The position numbers and the translations under genes were made by a program. Under the pieces are notes generated by a model. That model was given only the letters and a program-made list of their open reading frames with translations, was not told the DNA's origin and searched no databases. Positions 1 through 14,688 of a stretch of 64,000 bases of DNA are shown here, piece after piece; the stretch's first letter is position 1; each line of letters opens with the position of its first letter. The stretch lies in assembly GCF_009914755.1 (NCBI RefSeq), contig NC_060939.1, one strand, 5' to 3'. This DNA is from the human T2T-CHM13v2.0 reference genome, Homo sapiens.

Positions 1-502
1 AAGAGCGAGACTCGGTCTCAAAAAAAAAAAAGGAGAGGAGGATTCAACACAGTTGATGATGACAAAAAAAAAAATAATAAGGATAGTGAGACTCAATCAG
101 GTAGAAACAGCTGTGAGTGGTTGTCATTTGCCCTCATGGTCTGTTGCTGCAGAGGAAGCTAAAAAGTGTGCAGGAATGTCTACCCGTCTGCCCTTGGTGG
201 TCTCACGTATTGCAGCCTCTGCCTGATGGGCCCAGCATGGCTTTTGTCTCCCTGCATGCCCAGAAATTGCACAGAATGTGGATCAGCTGTCCTCTCAGGG
301 AAGAGCATACTATTTGAGCACTGCGTTTTTACCAGACCAGGCTCAAGTCAGTTATATTTCAGGATGGCAGCCTTTGTAACCACCTAAAATAATAAGCTTC
401 TTTCTGTCTCCTAAGATGTGTTTCCATTTTCCTTCATGTAGTTGTGCATTTCCCATCTGTCTGTCTGTCCATCCATGTGAGCAGCTTCTGTTGAGCATTT
501 GC

Positions 503-627
503 CTGGTGCCGTTACCATACGAGGTGTTCAGGATACAGTGATAGATAGGACACACCTCTGCTTTCTGGTGCCGTTACCATGCGAGGTGTTCAGGATGCAG
601 TGATGGGTAGGACACGCCTCTGCTTTC
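503..627. repeat. 62-bp direct tandem duplication (2 copies)
   Basis: ctggtgccgttaccat...ctctgcttt at 503 and 565. Confidence 0.85.
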
Positions 628-2110
628 AGCTGCTGCTTGTTGATGAGCCACCATTCTAAGCAGGTCACATTACAAGGTGGTGAATGGTGAAATGGAGATG
701 TTCATACATGGTTCTGGGAGAAGAAAGGCTTCACATTGGCAGCAGTCCTGAAATTGCGTGAGAGAGCATTCTGGGCAGAAAACACAGGAGTGTCAAGGGC
801 ACTGCTGAGAGGAGCAGGGCTTTCCTGCTGCTTGCAGGAGTGGGTGTGGCAGAGGCTTGCAGGGAAGGAGGATCTTGGTGTCCATACAGCCCCCCGTTGG
901 GCGGACCTTTGTGCAGTGCTAGGTGCTGGGCTGCCTGTGGTGCCCTCTGAGGTGTCTGCTTCCTTCCCTCCTCCTCAAGGCTCATTGCTTGCCAGAAGAT
1001 GGGCTTTGTTTAAATTGGCAAGGAGGGCAGGGCTGGCGAGCTCCAGGGCAGAGGGTGCCATGGGCCCTGGCAGGTGGGTCCGATCCACAGGAGGATCAGA
1101 GGCTTATCTTGGAGCAGTAAGGAGGGGCTGTCCTGTGCTTAAAGAGAGGGGGCCAGAGAGAGTCGGCATTGGATTAGTGTTTCAGAAGAACGAATGTGGT
1201 GTGTTGGGGAATGCTCCTGAGTGCTCTAAAATCTAAATGTCCAGTAAAAGAACACTAAGTGCATCCCGCTTTGATTGCTTGGATTTGGAGCAGTATTTGA
1301 TAACACAGATCGTTAATAGAGATCTGTAGTGGTGCACTCCCTCAAGTTGCCATAAGCAGTTGTAATTAACATTCGCACTGGTTGATCCCATGCCTTGCAC
1401 CACGCACAGGTCTCCTTTCCAGTCCATCGGCCCTCCCATCTCCAAGGATCTATCCTTCATTACAGATTGTGTGTTTCTTAAATATTTTCTCCTTTTCATT
1501 CCTTTATAAGTGCTCTAGGAATACATAGCCTACCCTGAGGATGTAATTCTTTGTAGAAACCCTTCAGATGTGCTATTCCCTGCCTGGATACTCAGCGTCT
1601 GGGTCTTATTCCTCATCTTAGCTCAGTTGTTGCTTCCACAAGTCCCTCACTGACCCTCAGAATAGCGGTGGTCTGTCTTCCAGTCTCCCTGGTACCCCCA
1701 TAGTCATCTGTTGCACAGTTTCGGACTTGAAATCCTGTGATTAATTGTGTCAGCGGTGCCCTTTGCTGCCTTCCCTGTTAGAATGTGCACCTCAGTCTTC
1801 ACACGGTACCTGTGGAACCAGGCAGCTGCAGGCAGAGCACAGGTATCCAGAGAATGTTGGACTGGAACTACGATCCTGAGTTCTGATGCCATGCCTGAGG
1901 CATGTGGAATCACCAGAAAGTGTGTTCACGTAGATAGAGGAATTATAAGTCAACCTGTGTAAACATGTTAGGTGGAGCTCTTTCATATGAATGATGCTGA
2001 ATTTCACCTTCTAAATTGAGTGTTCAGTTGAGCATCTTTTTTTTTTTTTAGTATTTATTTTGAGTTGTGCACTTGAGTTTCTCTTTCATGTTTGTGTGTG
2101 CATTTTCTAG

Positions 2111-2325
2111 AATGGCTTCAGTCATCCATCTTCTCTGGAGGCCTGCAGACCAGCCAGATCCACTACAGCTACAACGAGGAGAAAGACGAGGACCACTGCA
2201 GCTCCCCAGGGGGCACACCTGCCAGCAAATCTCGACTCTGCTCCCACAGACGGGCCCTGGGGGACCATTCCCAGGCATTTCTGCAAGCCATTGCAGACAA
2301 CAACATTCAGGATCACAACGTGAAG
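2111..2325 (+). pseudogene. HERC2-like exon (~27), WLQSSIFSGG...DHNVK
   Basis: ttctag|AATGG...TGAAG|gtgag, 215 nt. Confidence 0.95.
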
Positions 2326-2598
2326 GTGAGCTAGGCCTGCCCCCACTGCCACCTCAGTGCTCTGTTTATCTGAGGACTTTGACATAGGAATACTTATGTG
2401 CTCTTTGGTTAACACAGCACAGACTTTGTTTCATGTATTATTTGGAGGGTTTTGAGGTGAGAACCTGATTGTGTTAACATGCTAGCGAGGCTTCAGAAGC
2501 ATTAGTGATTGCAAGTGCGTCAGAAGCTGTGGCATGTTTAAGATTTGTGAAGACTCACTGGGTTTCCCTGAAGTTACTTCCAGCTGTTCCTGTTGCAG

Positions 2599-2731
2599 GA
2601 CTTTTTGTGTCAAATAGAAAGGTACTGTAGGCAGTGCCATTTGACCACACCGATCATGTTTCCCCCCGAGCATCCCGTGGAAGAGGTCGGTCGCTTGCTG
2701 TTATGTTGCCTCTTAAAACATGAAGATTTAG
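2599..2731 (+). pseudogene. HERC2-like exon (~28), DFLCQIER...HEDL
   Basis: ttgcag|GAC...TTAG|gtaag, 133 nt. Confidence 0.95.
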
Positions 2732-2838
2732 GTAAGGAGCTCAATATCTTTGTACTTTAGCTACACTGCAGATTCCTCGACTAACCTGTGGTACGTATTC
2801 ATTCCTTCACTGCCCTTCTTTTAAATGTCTTTTTACAG

Positions 2839-2966
2839 GTCATGTGGCATTATCTTTAGTTCATGCAGGTGCACTTGATATTGAGCAAGTAAAGCACAGA
2901 ACGTTGCCTAAGTCAGTGGTGGATGTTTGTAGAGTTGTCTACCAAGCAAAATGTTCGCTCATTAAG
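2839..2966 (+). pseudogene. HERC2-like exon (~29), HVALSLVH...CSLIK
   Basis: ttacag|GT...AAG|gtgat, 128 nt. Confidence 0.95.
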
Positions 2967-3058
2967 GTGATAGATTTTAATTCTTTTTATTCTGTGCTTT
3001 GCAGACAGTTGCTGAAATATTTGTTGTTAAAGTTGTCTTTTCCTGGTTAACTTTGCAG

Positions 3059-3254
3059 ACTCATCAAGAACAGGGCCGTTCTTACAAGGAGGTCTGCGCT
3101 CCTGTCATCAAACGTTTGAGATTCCTCTTTAATGAATTGAGACCTGCTGTTTGTAATGACCTCTCTATAATGTCTAAGTTTAAATTGTTAAGTTCTTTGC
3201 CCCATTGGAGGAGGATAGCTCAGAAGATAATTCGAGAACCAAGGAAAAAGAGAG
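3059..3254 (+). pseudogene. HERC2-like exon (~30), THQEQGRS...RKKR
   Basis: ttgcag|ACT...AGAG|gtaag, 196 nt. Confidence 0.95.
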
Positions 3255-3825
3255 GTAAGAATGTAAAAGGACAGAAGATACTATTAAAGCTTGTGCTTCA
3301 CCCTGCCACGTTGGATCTGTGATTTCAGAGTGAAGTTTCTCTACTGTTGATTCCATGTAACATTTCTACCTGCTGCCATCATTTTTATTATAGTTAGGAT
3401 TAAATACAGACATCTCGCTTATTTTTCCAAATGATCAGACAATGAGGCAGTTTAGGAATTGAGTGTGGTATGATTTGATTACTAGTAAATTGATGTTGAA
3501 AACGTAAATAATCTTTGCTAAATTGATGGGAACAAGGAAGTACTTTTATTAGTTATCCTGGTAATGAGATATAATGGGAACATTTAAACTTATTGCCATT
3601 CTTCTAAAGAAATGTTTTTTGTTTGGAAATATTGAGTATTCTGATACATGAAGAACTATAAAGGGAAGCTAAAAGAGTTACTGACATTTTCCTGGAAGTA
3701 GCTGTGTAAGGGTACAGAAAAGTCTTTTTGCATTAAATCCAAATTTGAATAAAAATGCTTAGAAATTATAAAATAGTTTAGAATTTAGTCACTTGTGATT
3801 ATAAATAAACTACAGAAATTTCTGA

Positions 3826-4127
<302 letters not shown>

Positions 4128-4591
4128 TCTGATCATATTATGACTTATACTGATTTACTCACAAACCTGCTTATTGAACAGTATTGATTACTGACTTTCT
4201 GATGGGCATTTTGAACAATAAGCTTATGAAAGACTAAAGTGTGTTAGAAGCCATCCTAATTTGATTGTTCCTGAACAAACCCTACACCATAACAGCCTGT
4301 CTGAATGCGAGGGGTGCTCTGGATCAGGAAGTCACAGCAGTCACACTGCTGCGATTCCTTTAACCCAGGCATGCAGGAACTCAGCCTGGGCCCAGGAGAC
4401 AGGCTGCCTCGGAATGAGGGAGAGAGACTCCACATTTGCCATCTCATATCCGTGGGTTCTGAGCCCACACTGTCACTTTTAGAGTTTCTTGTGGGTTTAT
4501 AGATTTATCGTGTGGTGTTTCAAGCTGGTTTTCTTTTTTTTTTGGAAAGTAAGTAACTTGAAAAGATTAAGTGATTAATATTCCTGTTGCT

Positions 4592-5170
4592 GTGTCAGGG
4601 ATCCCCGAGCCTTCTCTCAGGCTTGATTCACTAAAAGGACTCAGAAGAGCTGTTATAGTCACAGCTGTGTTTTTACTGCAAAAAGGATACAGATTAAAAT
4701 TAGCAGAGGGAAGGGTGCATGGAGGGAAGTCCAGAGGAAACTAGGCACACGCTTTGGTGTCTCTCCCCAGTGGCGTCACGTGGATGTGCTTAGCTCTCCC
4801 AGCAACAGTGTCACATCATGTGTGAAGAATTGTTAACCAGGCCAGCGCACCTGAGCCTCGAGTCTAGAGATTTTGTTGGGGGCCAGTCACATACGCAGGC
4901 AGTGCCCCTGTGACTGACCTCACTCAGGCTCCAGTGCCCCAGTGCAAAAACAAGTGGTCCCTCGCAAGTCCCATCATTAGCATAAACTACCTGGCCAGAC
5001 CACTGCCACAAGGTCCTGGGTGTCAGGTATACCAAAAAACTTCTCAGGCAGGATGTTCCAAGGGCTCAGAGCTCAGCTCCTAGAAGAAGGACCAATCCTG
5101 AAGGGACAGACCTTCCTTGGGAATTTGCAGGGTTTGAGCAACCCCGGCCTGCTATGTTAGCTCTTTACTG
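4592..5170 (-). mobile_element. Old LTR remnant (MER21/MER68-like)
   Basis: Similar to the 13.6-kb element (gggatcccc...ggactca...aagtccagaggaaa); family from memory. Confidence 0.5.
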
Positions 5171-5882
5171 CCCAGATGTATTATCATGTTGCTTATTTTT
5201 TATATTATATGCTGAGGAGATTTAGACCAAAAATTTTAAAAGAGATAAAGTATAGGGAGGAAATTCCACATATCACAGTGAATTCAGTTGATTCAGTTAC
5301 ACAGTAACAGAACCACTGAACTGGACCAGGGTGGACAAGCCAGGAACTATGGGCCAAATTCTACCTCTTGCTGGCTTTGGGTTGCCCATGGACTAAGACC
5401 TTTTTTTTTTTTTCCAGTTTGAAATTGTTATTTAAAAATTAAAAGAAGTATATTATTTTGGCACATGAAAATTACATGAAGCTAAAATTGTAGCACCATA
5501 AATAAAGTTTTACAGGAGCACAGCCACACCTGTTGCTTTATCTGTGGTTACTTTTTGTGCTACAGCAGCAGAGTTGAGTATTTGCGACAGACAGCATGGC
5601 CTGAAAGACTCAAATGTTCACTCTCTGGCACTTGAGGAAGAGCTTGCTGGCTGCCGGGCTTCCCCTGCTTCGGGGCTTCTCCCCTCGTCGCACTCTCACT
5701 TTGTCTTTTTGTTCTGCCAGGGTGATCATTTCACTCTTGTTGTTGAGCATTGCAATTTATAATGTTGTTCAGATGTTTATTTGAATGAAATATTTGTCCT
5801 TCATGTAAATCTAAATATGTCTTAATTTAAAATTAATATTTAAGTGTATGATTTTTATAGTGAATGATGTTTTAAAACACAG

Positions 5883-6016
5883 TTCCTAAGAAGCCAGAAT
5901 CTACGGATGATGAAGAAAAAATTGGAAACGAAGAGAGTGATTTAGAAGAAGCTTGCATTTTGCCTCATAGTCCAATAAATGTGGACAAGAGACCCATTGC
6001 AATTAAATCACCCAAG
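5883..6016 (+). pseudogene. HERC2-like exon (~31), PKKPESTD...KSPK
   Basis: cacag|TT...AAG|gtgcg, 134 nt. Confidence 0.95.
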
Positions 6017-6545
6017 GTGCGGTATTTTCTGTGATTCTGAGGTTGGCTGAATAGAATCGTAGCATGTAGCACAGGAATCCACAGTCTTGTACCTCTGTAC
6101 CTGAGCATCTGGAGGGAGGGACGGGCGGTTGTTAGAAATACGGCCCCAGTGATGCTTCATGAACTTGACTTATGATGTCCTGGTCAGAGCTGTAGCTGGA
6201 GAAGGGTTTCCTTTTATTTTTGGTATTAGATTGTATCATTAATTATTCACCATTCATTCCTTAAATATATTCTTTGTTCCAGAAACAGTGCTGGGCCCTG
6301 TGGCTGTTAATATGAACCATAACTTAACTTAGTATGCCAAGCTAGCCTGTTCCAACATATAGTATAGAGATTATAAATTCACTTATATTTATAGCATAGT
6401 TTTAAAAACATGTATTACTAAATTTAACGTATTTTAACCAATTTAAACCCATAAGCATTATTTATATTTTACTTGAATAACTTTTAGAGCACAGTTTATT
6501 ATTAAATAGGGTAGACTAATGATGAAAATTGTTTTCCTTTGTTAG

Positions 6546-6716
6546 GACAAATGGCAGCCGCTGTTGAGTACTGTTACAGATGTTCACAAATACAAGTGGT
6601 TGAAGCAGAATGTGCAGGGTCTTTATCCGCAGTCTCCACTCCTCAGTACAATTGCTGAATTTGCCCTTAAAGAAGAGCCAGTGGATGTGGAAAAGAGAAA
6701 GTGCCTACTAAAACAG
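6546..6716 (+). pseudogene. HERC2-like exon (~32), DKWQPLL...CLLKQ, with a 3-nt in-frame deletion (EKRK vs HERC2 EKMRK)
   Basis: gttag|GAC...CAG|gtaac, 171 nt. Confidence 0.93.
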
Positions 6717-6793
6717 GTAACATTTGATGAGAAATGCTTCTCTGCATTGGGTAATATACATAACACTTAACTGTATGCATTGATATTTTGCAG

Positions 6794-6936
6794 TTGGAGA
6801 GAGCAGAGGTTCGCCTGGAAGGGATAGATACAATTTTAAAATTGTATCTGGTGAGCAAGAATTTCTTACTTCCATCTGTGCCGTATGCGATGTTTTGTGG
6901 ATGGCAAAGACTTATTCCTGAGGGAATCGATATAGG
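6794..6936 (+). pseudogene. HERC2-like exon (~33), LERAEVR...GIDIG, with a 6-nt in-frame insertion (LKLYLVSK vs recalled LKLASK)
   Basis: ttgcag|TTG...TAGG|gtaaa, 143 nt. Confidence 0.92.
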
Positions 6937-7053
6937 GTAAAACGTTAGCATATTTTTTTCTTAATTAAGGAAGCTGTGGCAACAGAATGTTTTTCTGTAA
7001 CAGTTAGAAGTCTGGCAGTGTCCCGAGTCAAATTCTTTATCTTTATTTGAAAG

Positions 7054-7205
7054 GGAACCTCTTACTGATTGTTTAAAGGATGTTGATTTGATCCCGCCTT
7101 TTAATCGGATGCTGCTGGAAGTCACCTTTGGCAAGCTGTACGCTTGGGCTGTTCAGAACATTCGAAATGTTTTGGTGGATGCCAGTGCCAAATTTAAAGA
7201 GCTTG
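7054..7205 (+). pseudogene. HERC2-like exon (~34), EPLTDCL...FKEL
   Basis: aag|GGAA...CTTG|gtgag, 152 nt. Confidence 0.94.
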
Positions 7206-7720
7206 GTGAGTCAATAATTGTATCAATGTTATTTTATAGTTTGCCTTTAATTATATGTTGTGGAAACTTGCAAATGCCAATTTTTGCTTTTGAGAAGACT
7301 TTAATAAGTTTGTACTTTGTACTTGTATAATCTATGCTGCTGTCAGCTTTCTCAGATTTTAAACAAAACTTTAAAATTTAGCAGGAGACACAATGTTGAA
7401 GTACTCTAGTATAACATTTTTACATTTTGACATTTTTATGTGTATCACCACATATCCTAAAGTGTCTGTGTCCTATATTGATATTTATTTCCTGGATAGT
7501 TTGAGCATCTACAGAGAGTTGATTGGATTGGTTTTGTGGAGGAAAAGTGAGACATAACTTTTATATTTGAAATGGAAGGAATGGAATAGGGCACCGGTGT
7601 ATTCAGAGAGCAGCATACTAAGTCCTGTAGACAGATGGAACGACCTGTGCATAGAATGCAGGGGGTAGGCCCATCGTGCAGCATGACAGAGCTGCCCACT
7701 CTGTGGAAACCACTGAAAAA

Positions 7721-7996
7721 TAGTCAGATGTTTAGAGTAATCGCCCGTGCCTTCTGCATTACGTTTATGCTTGTATCCATGCGAGAGAAATGTCAGTGGG
7801 TGTCAAAATAGTCAGATGATTAGAGTAATTGCCCATGCTTTCTGCGTTACGTTTATTCTTGTATCCACGCACAAGAAATGTCAGTGGGTGTCAGTGCTTA
7901 TTAGTCAGATGTTTAGAGTAATTGCCCGTGCTTTCTGCATTACATTTATTCTTGTATCCATTACAAGAAATGTCAGTGGGTGCCAATGCTCATTAG
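7721..7996. repeat. ~88-94 bp tandem triplication ending at the exon ~35 acceptor
   Basis: tagtcagatg..tagagtaat..gaaatgtcagtgggtg starts at 7721, 7809, 7902. Confidence 0.88.
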
Positions 7997-8188
7997 GTAT
8001 CCAGCCGGTTCCCCTGCAAACCATCACCAATGAGAACCCATCGGGACCGAGCCTGGGGACCATCCCGCAAGCCCACTTCCTCCTGGTGATGCTCAGCATG
8101 CTCACCCTGCAGCACAGCGCAAACAACCTTGACCTCCTGCTCAATTCCGGCACGCTGGCCCTCGCTCAGACGGCACTGCGCCTGATTG
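7997..8188 (+). pseudogene. HERC2-like exon (~35), IQPVPLQ...LRLI
   Basis: cattag|GTATC...ATTG|gtagg, 192 nt. Confidence 0.94.
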
Positions 8189-9010
8189 GTAGGTCTGCAC
8201 TGGCTTGAGAGCCTTTGGGAAAACGTCAAGATTTTGCTTTGATTTATTTTCTTTCTTTTTTTTAAAAAAAGCTTTTTGTAAATTATGGTAAGACACAAAT
8301 AGCAGAAAGTGTAGCATTTTAACGTCGCAATTCAGCGGTATTAAATACATTCACAATTTTCTAGAGTCATCACCACTGTCTAGTTGTAGAACTTTTTCAT
8401 CACTATAAATGCACCCCATTTAGCCATCAGTCCTGACTCCCCTGCTCTCCAGCCCCTGGTAGTCACAAATCTGCTTTCTCTGTCTATGGATTTGCATATC
8501 CCGGATATTTCATATAAATGGAATCATACCATTTGTGGCCTTTGTGTCTGGGTTATTTCATTTGGTATATATCAGTACTTTATTTTTATGGCTGAAAAAG
8601 ATTTCATTGTATGAATATATAACATTTTGTTTACTCATTTATCTGTTGATGGACATTTGGGTTGGTTTTGCCTTTTGACTTTTGTGAATAGTGCTGCTAG
8701 GAACATTTATATACAAGTACTTGTTTGAACACTTGTTTCTAGTTCTTTTGATTATACACCTAGGACTGGAATTACAGGGTCATATGGTACAACTATGTGT
8801 AACTTACTGAGAAACTACCAAAGTTTTCCACAGTGCCATATCATTTTTACATTCCCATCACCAGTGGGCAGGATTCCAGGGTTCCAGTTTCTCTGCTTCC
8901 CTGCCAACACTATTTTTTGTGGTTTTCTTTTTTTTTTTGGATTAAGGCCATCCTAGCGGGTGTGAAGTGGTATCTCATTGTGATTTTGGTTTGCATTTCA
9001 CTAATGATGA

Positions 9011-9400
<390 letters not shown>

Positions 9401-10440
9401 CCTTTCTCCTTTTTAAATAGGGTTATTTGTCGTCATCTTGTTGTACCAATAAATGCACTATATAAGTGTATCAAACCTTTAAAGAAGAATTAACACCAGT
9501 CCTCAGACTCTTTAAAAAGTTCGTGTATACTAGACCTTCACAGATCTGTAGACCTTTATCAGGTATATCATTTGAGGGTATTTTCTCCTGTTCTCTGGAT
9601 TGTATTCCCTTAGATAGAGAAGTTTTTTATTTTGATGAAGTTCAATTTATCTGTTTCTCTTTTGTCGTCTATGCTTTTGATATCATATCCAAAAAGCCAT
9701 TTCCAAACACAAGGTTGATGAAGATTATCCTCATGTTTTCTTCTGTAAGTTTTATAGTTTCAGCTCTTATATTTAGATCTTTGGTCCATTTTTAGGTAAT
9801 TTCTTTTACACAGTGTGAGGTAAGAGTCCAGCCTTTTTCTTTTGTTGATCTGATTGTTTCAATACCACTTGTTGAGGACTGTTCTTTCCCTGAAGTTCTG
9901 GGTACCCTTGGCAAAAATCAGTTGGCTGTGGATATTTAGGTTTATTTCTGGACTCTCAATTACATTATCACATTCTATATGTTGATAATTGTGCAGGTAC
10001 CGCCCTGTTTTGAACATTGTAGTTTTGTACTGTTTTAAAATTGAGAAGTGTGTTTTCTTTCTCAAGATGATTTTGGCTACTTTGGGTCCCTTGCATTTTC
10101 ACATGAACTTCAAGGCTGGCTTTTCCATATCTGCAAAAAAAGACCATTGGGATTTTTGCTAGGGATTGAATCTGTAGATTGTTTTGGGAAATAGTGCCAT
10201 TTTAACAATGTTAACATCCATTCTCTGAATGTGGAATGTCTTTCCATTTATTTCTGTCCTCTTTAATTTCTTTCAGCAATATTTTATTGTTTTACAGTTA
10301 TCAGGGTAATAATGGCCTCATAGAATGAACTAGGTAGTGTTCCCATATATTCTGTTTTTAGAAGAGTTTGAGGATTGGTGTCAGTTCAGCTTTAAATGTT
10401 TGGTAGAGTTGACCACCTAAGCTTTTCTTTGTTGAAAGAT

Positions 10441-10739
10441 TTTTTTTTTTTTTTCTTTGAGACGGAGTCTCACACTGTTGCCCGGGCTGGACTGCAGTGG
10501 CATGATCTCGGCCCACTGCAAGCTCCGCCTCCCGGGTTCACGCCATTCTCCTTCCTTAGCCTCCTGAGTAGCTGGGATTATAGTCGCCAGCCACCACGCC
10601 CGGCTAATTTTTTGTATTTTTAGTAGAGACGGGGTTTCACTGTGTTAGCCAGGATGCTCTCGATTTCCTGACCTCGTGATCCACCCGCCTCGGCCTCCCA
10701 AAGTGCTGGGATTACAGGCGTGAGCCACGGCGCCTGGCC
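10441..10739 (-). mobile_element. AluY
   Basis: gcaagctccgcctcccgggttcacgccattctcc diagnostic; TSD tgaaagatttt. Confidence 0.9.
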
Positions 10740-10980
10740 TGAAAGATTTTTAATTACCGATTCAATCTCTTTACTTGTTATGGCTCTATTCAGATTTTCT
10801 ATTTCTTCTTGAGTCAGTTTGGGTAATTTATGTTTCTAGGAATGTGTCCATTTTATCTAGGCTATTTTATTTGTTGGCATACAGTTGTTCACAGTGTTCT
10901 TTTATAATCTTTTTTATTTTTATGTTGGTAGTACTGTCTCCACTTACATTTCTGATGTTAGTTATTTGCATCTTTTCTCT

Positions 10981-11293
10981 TTTTTTTTCTTTTTTTTTTT
11001 TTTTTTTTTTGAGATGGAGTCTCACTCTGTTGCCAGGCCAGAGTGCAGTGACACAGTCTTGGCTCACTGCAACCTCCGCCTCCTGGATTCAAGTGATTCT
11101 CCTGCCTCAGCCTCCCAAGTAAGCTGGGACTACAGGCGCCTGCCGCCAGGCCTGGCTAATTTTTTTTGTATTTTTAGTGGAGATGGGGTTTCACCATGTT
11201 GACCAGGATGACCTAAATCTCTTGACCTTGTGATCCGCCCACCTCAGCTTCCCAAAGTGCTGGGATTAGAGGCGTGAGCCACCTTGACTGGCC
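10981..11293 (-). mobile_element. Alu (AluSc-like)
   Basis: Full-length antisense Alu. Confidence 0.9.
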
Positions 11294-11407
11294 TCTTTTT
11301 TTCTTAATTTACCAAAAGTTTGTCAGATTTTTTGTTCTTGCCAGAAACCGAACTTTTGGTTTTGTAGATTATTTTTCTATTCTCTATTTAATTTATGGCT
11401 GCTCTAA

Positions 11408-11614
<207 letters not shown>

Positions 11615-12221
11615 TAACTTTGGTTTTTATTGTGTTCTTATTTTTTTAGTTCTTCCAGATGTAGAGTTATTGATTTGAGATCATCTTTTGTAAATGCAGA
11701 CTTTTATAGTATAATTGCCCCTTTTAGCCCTGCTTTTGGCCCAGCACAGAAGTTTTGGTGTGTTGTGTTTTCATTCATCTCATAGTATTTTCTAATTTCC
11801 CTTGTGATTTCTTCTTTGACCCACTGATTGTTTACCATGTGTTGTTTAATTTTCATATACTTGTGAATTTTCCACTTTTCCTTTTGTTATTAATTTCTCA
11901 TCATTTCCTTTTGGTTGGAGAAGGTAACTTGTATGATTTTCGTCTGTTTAAATTTGAGACTTTGTGGCCTAACATATGGTCTGGTCAGTCTAAGAGAGTG
12001 TCCTGTGGTATACTTGAGAAGAACGTGTATTCTGCTCTTTTTGGTGAAATGTTCTGTATATGTCTATTAGATCTGATTGGTTTATGGTGGTGTTCTTTGG
12101 CTAAAACTGAGATGCTGCAGGGCCAGTTGTCAAAGTCACAGTGAAAAAGCAAGGTTTTCCCAAGCTCTTATAATCACATCAGTTTTAGAGTTCACATTAA
12201 TCCATTCAAAAATATGTATCA

Positions 12222-12571
<350 letters not shown>

Positions 12572-13606
12572 TTATTTTTTAATTTATATATTATGTTTAT
12601 ATGTTGTATTATGTTAAATATATATTTTAATATGTATATTACAGCTGAAAAGAATCATCTAGTAAGGGTTATATCTGATTTCCTGAGGCCTCATTAGCAA
12701 CCAAAAGTTGCATTTAAAAATTACAAAAGCATATCTCCATCGAGAAATGGCCTTTTTATGTTGTCTACTTTTCCCCCAGAGGTTCCAATAAGTAAAAATC
12801 ACAGCACAAATCATTAAGTATGGGGACTTGTTCTGTTGATAATATTCATGTGTTTAAATTTCATCTGGCCCACTGGCTGCAAAAAGCAAGGAAGTTGTGT
12901 CTCATGAATATCCGTCTATATTTGCAGCCTGCCCTGATCAGGGTATCCTTCTTATCATTTAAGAAATTATAAACATATAATATTTTATACCAGCTTAATG
13001 TATACATCCACATGTAACAGCCACAAAACATAAAGCTATGTAAAATAAAAAAATTCCCCCCGGTTTTGGTTGCAAATTTATTCAAGCCCTTAGCAATACA
13101 TTCAGTCTTTACAGAGTTAACAGTATAGCTGCCCAGGGGCTCCTGGGAGATCCACCTGGAATGCAACTCCTGTCCCTTCCTTGGGGCCCCTTCCTGGGGG
13201 CCCTAAAGTAGCGGCTAGGCTAAAGGAAAGGCTGTTTCTCCTGCTAGTTTATCTAAAGTTTTGCTCCAGCCCTGGGAATTGAATATCCTTTTTTGTTCTC
13301 TTGGAAGAGAGAGAAACACAAACTTTTTACATTTTTTGGTCCACCCCAGCCCACCTTTGGGACTGTTTGGATCTTTTTCCCTCCCACCTGGAGGAGAAAA
13401 CTAAAATCAAGGGAGTTACCAGAACCACACTCCTACCCCCTCTCAGTTTAGCAAGTGGGAAAAGGGGGGTTAAAAATCTAGCCTACTCTCCTAGGGTTAG
13501 CGCTCCTATTTTCAGATCCATTGGGAAGTTTTACTTCTCTCAGGTGACAGCAGCTCGGCTTCTGTTTTGTGCTACGGATGACTCTGTAGCCACCCAGGGC
13601 ACCAAT

Positions 13607-14100
13607 TGTCAGGGGTCTCCAAGACCACCCCCAGGTTTGATGGTTGGCCAGGAGGACTCACAAGACTCAGCATGTAGTTGTACTCAGGGCTATAGTTTAT
13701 TACAGTGAAGGGACACAGAGCAAAATCATGAAAAAGGACATGGGTAAAGTCCAGAGGAAAGCAGGTACAAGCTTCCACAGGATCCACACAGGACGAGCTT
13801 AACTGCCCTGGCACCGAGCCGTGTCAAGTGCTGTCTGCCGGGAAGCTGGGTAGAGACTCCAGGCCCACGGTTTCCATCAGGACTGATCACACGGGCACCC
13901 CCTGCCTGGCGTGTACCAAGTTCCAGACTAAGGAAAGCAGGTTTCAGCACAGACCACATTGTTTGTACAGACAGTTCAGGCACAGGGAACCACACCTACC
14001 ACCTAGGGAATGGGGGAGCCCTCCTGAGATCCAGACTCCAGCTGAGGGCCAGCCTGCAGCAACCCTGTCTGAGGTTGTATCTCGGGCCAGCTGTTAGCTG
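13607..14100 (-). mobile_element. MER21-type LTR
   Basis: Minus strand ends atgctgagtcttgtgagtcctcc...gggggtggtcttggagacccctgaca, followed by tggtgcc (PBS-like). Confidence 0.55.
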
Positions 14101-14500
14101 TCTTCTGCACAGAACCATGATTAAAGTTTGTTAGTTTCCCACTGTTAGATATTTAGGTAGTTATCTTTGTTTTTCTATTAATAAAAAATGTGATGAGGAT
14201 CTTTCTAACTCAGTTATTTTGCTTTTTTCAGGGGAGTAATTCCTAGAAGTAGAGAAAGTAGCTTTACTGAGCATTTTAATATCTTTTATATCTTCCTAGG
14301 ATATTTATGTATTTCATCCTTCCGTTTATCTTCTTTTTATCCTATATCAGTAAAATATTCATAATATTATATTGATAAAACATATAGTATGGATTGTTCA
14401 AAATTACGATCTTCATTAGTACTTTGTGAATGTTTTGTGTGTATTAAGGGGACACTGTAGCTACTTGTTGGCTCAGCTATTGTTTTTGACGCTCCGTCAG

Positions 14501-14688
14501 GCCCCAGTTGTGACAGCGTTGAGGAAGATATGAATGCTTCTGCCCAAGGTGCTTCTGCCACAGTTTTGGAAGAAACAAGGAAGGAAACGGCTCCTGTGCA
14601 GCTCCCTGTTTCAGGGCCAGAACTGGCTGCCATGATGAAGATTGGAACAAGGGTCATGAGAGGTGTGGACTGGAAATGGGGCGATCAG
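14501..14688 (+). pseudogene. HERC2-like exon (~36), start of MIB/HERC2 domain ([15 protein letters not shown])
   Basis: gtcag|GCC...CAG|gtact, 188 nt. Confidence 0.95.
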
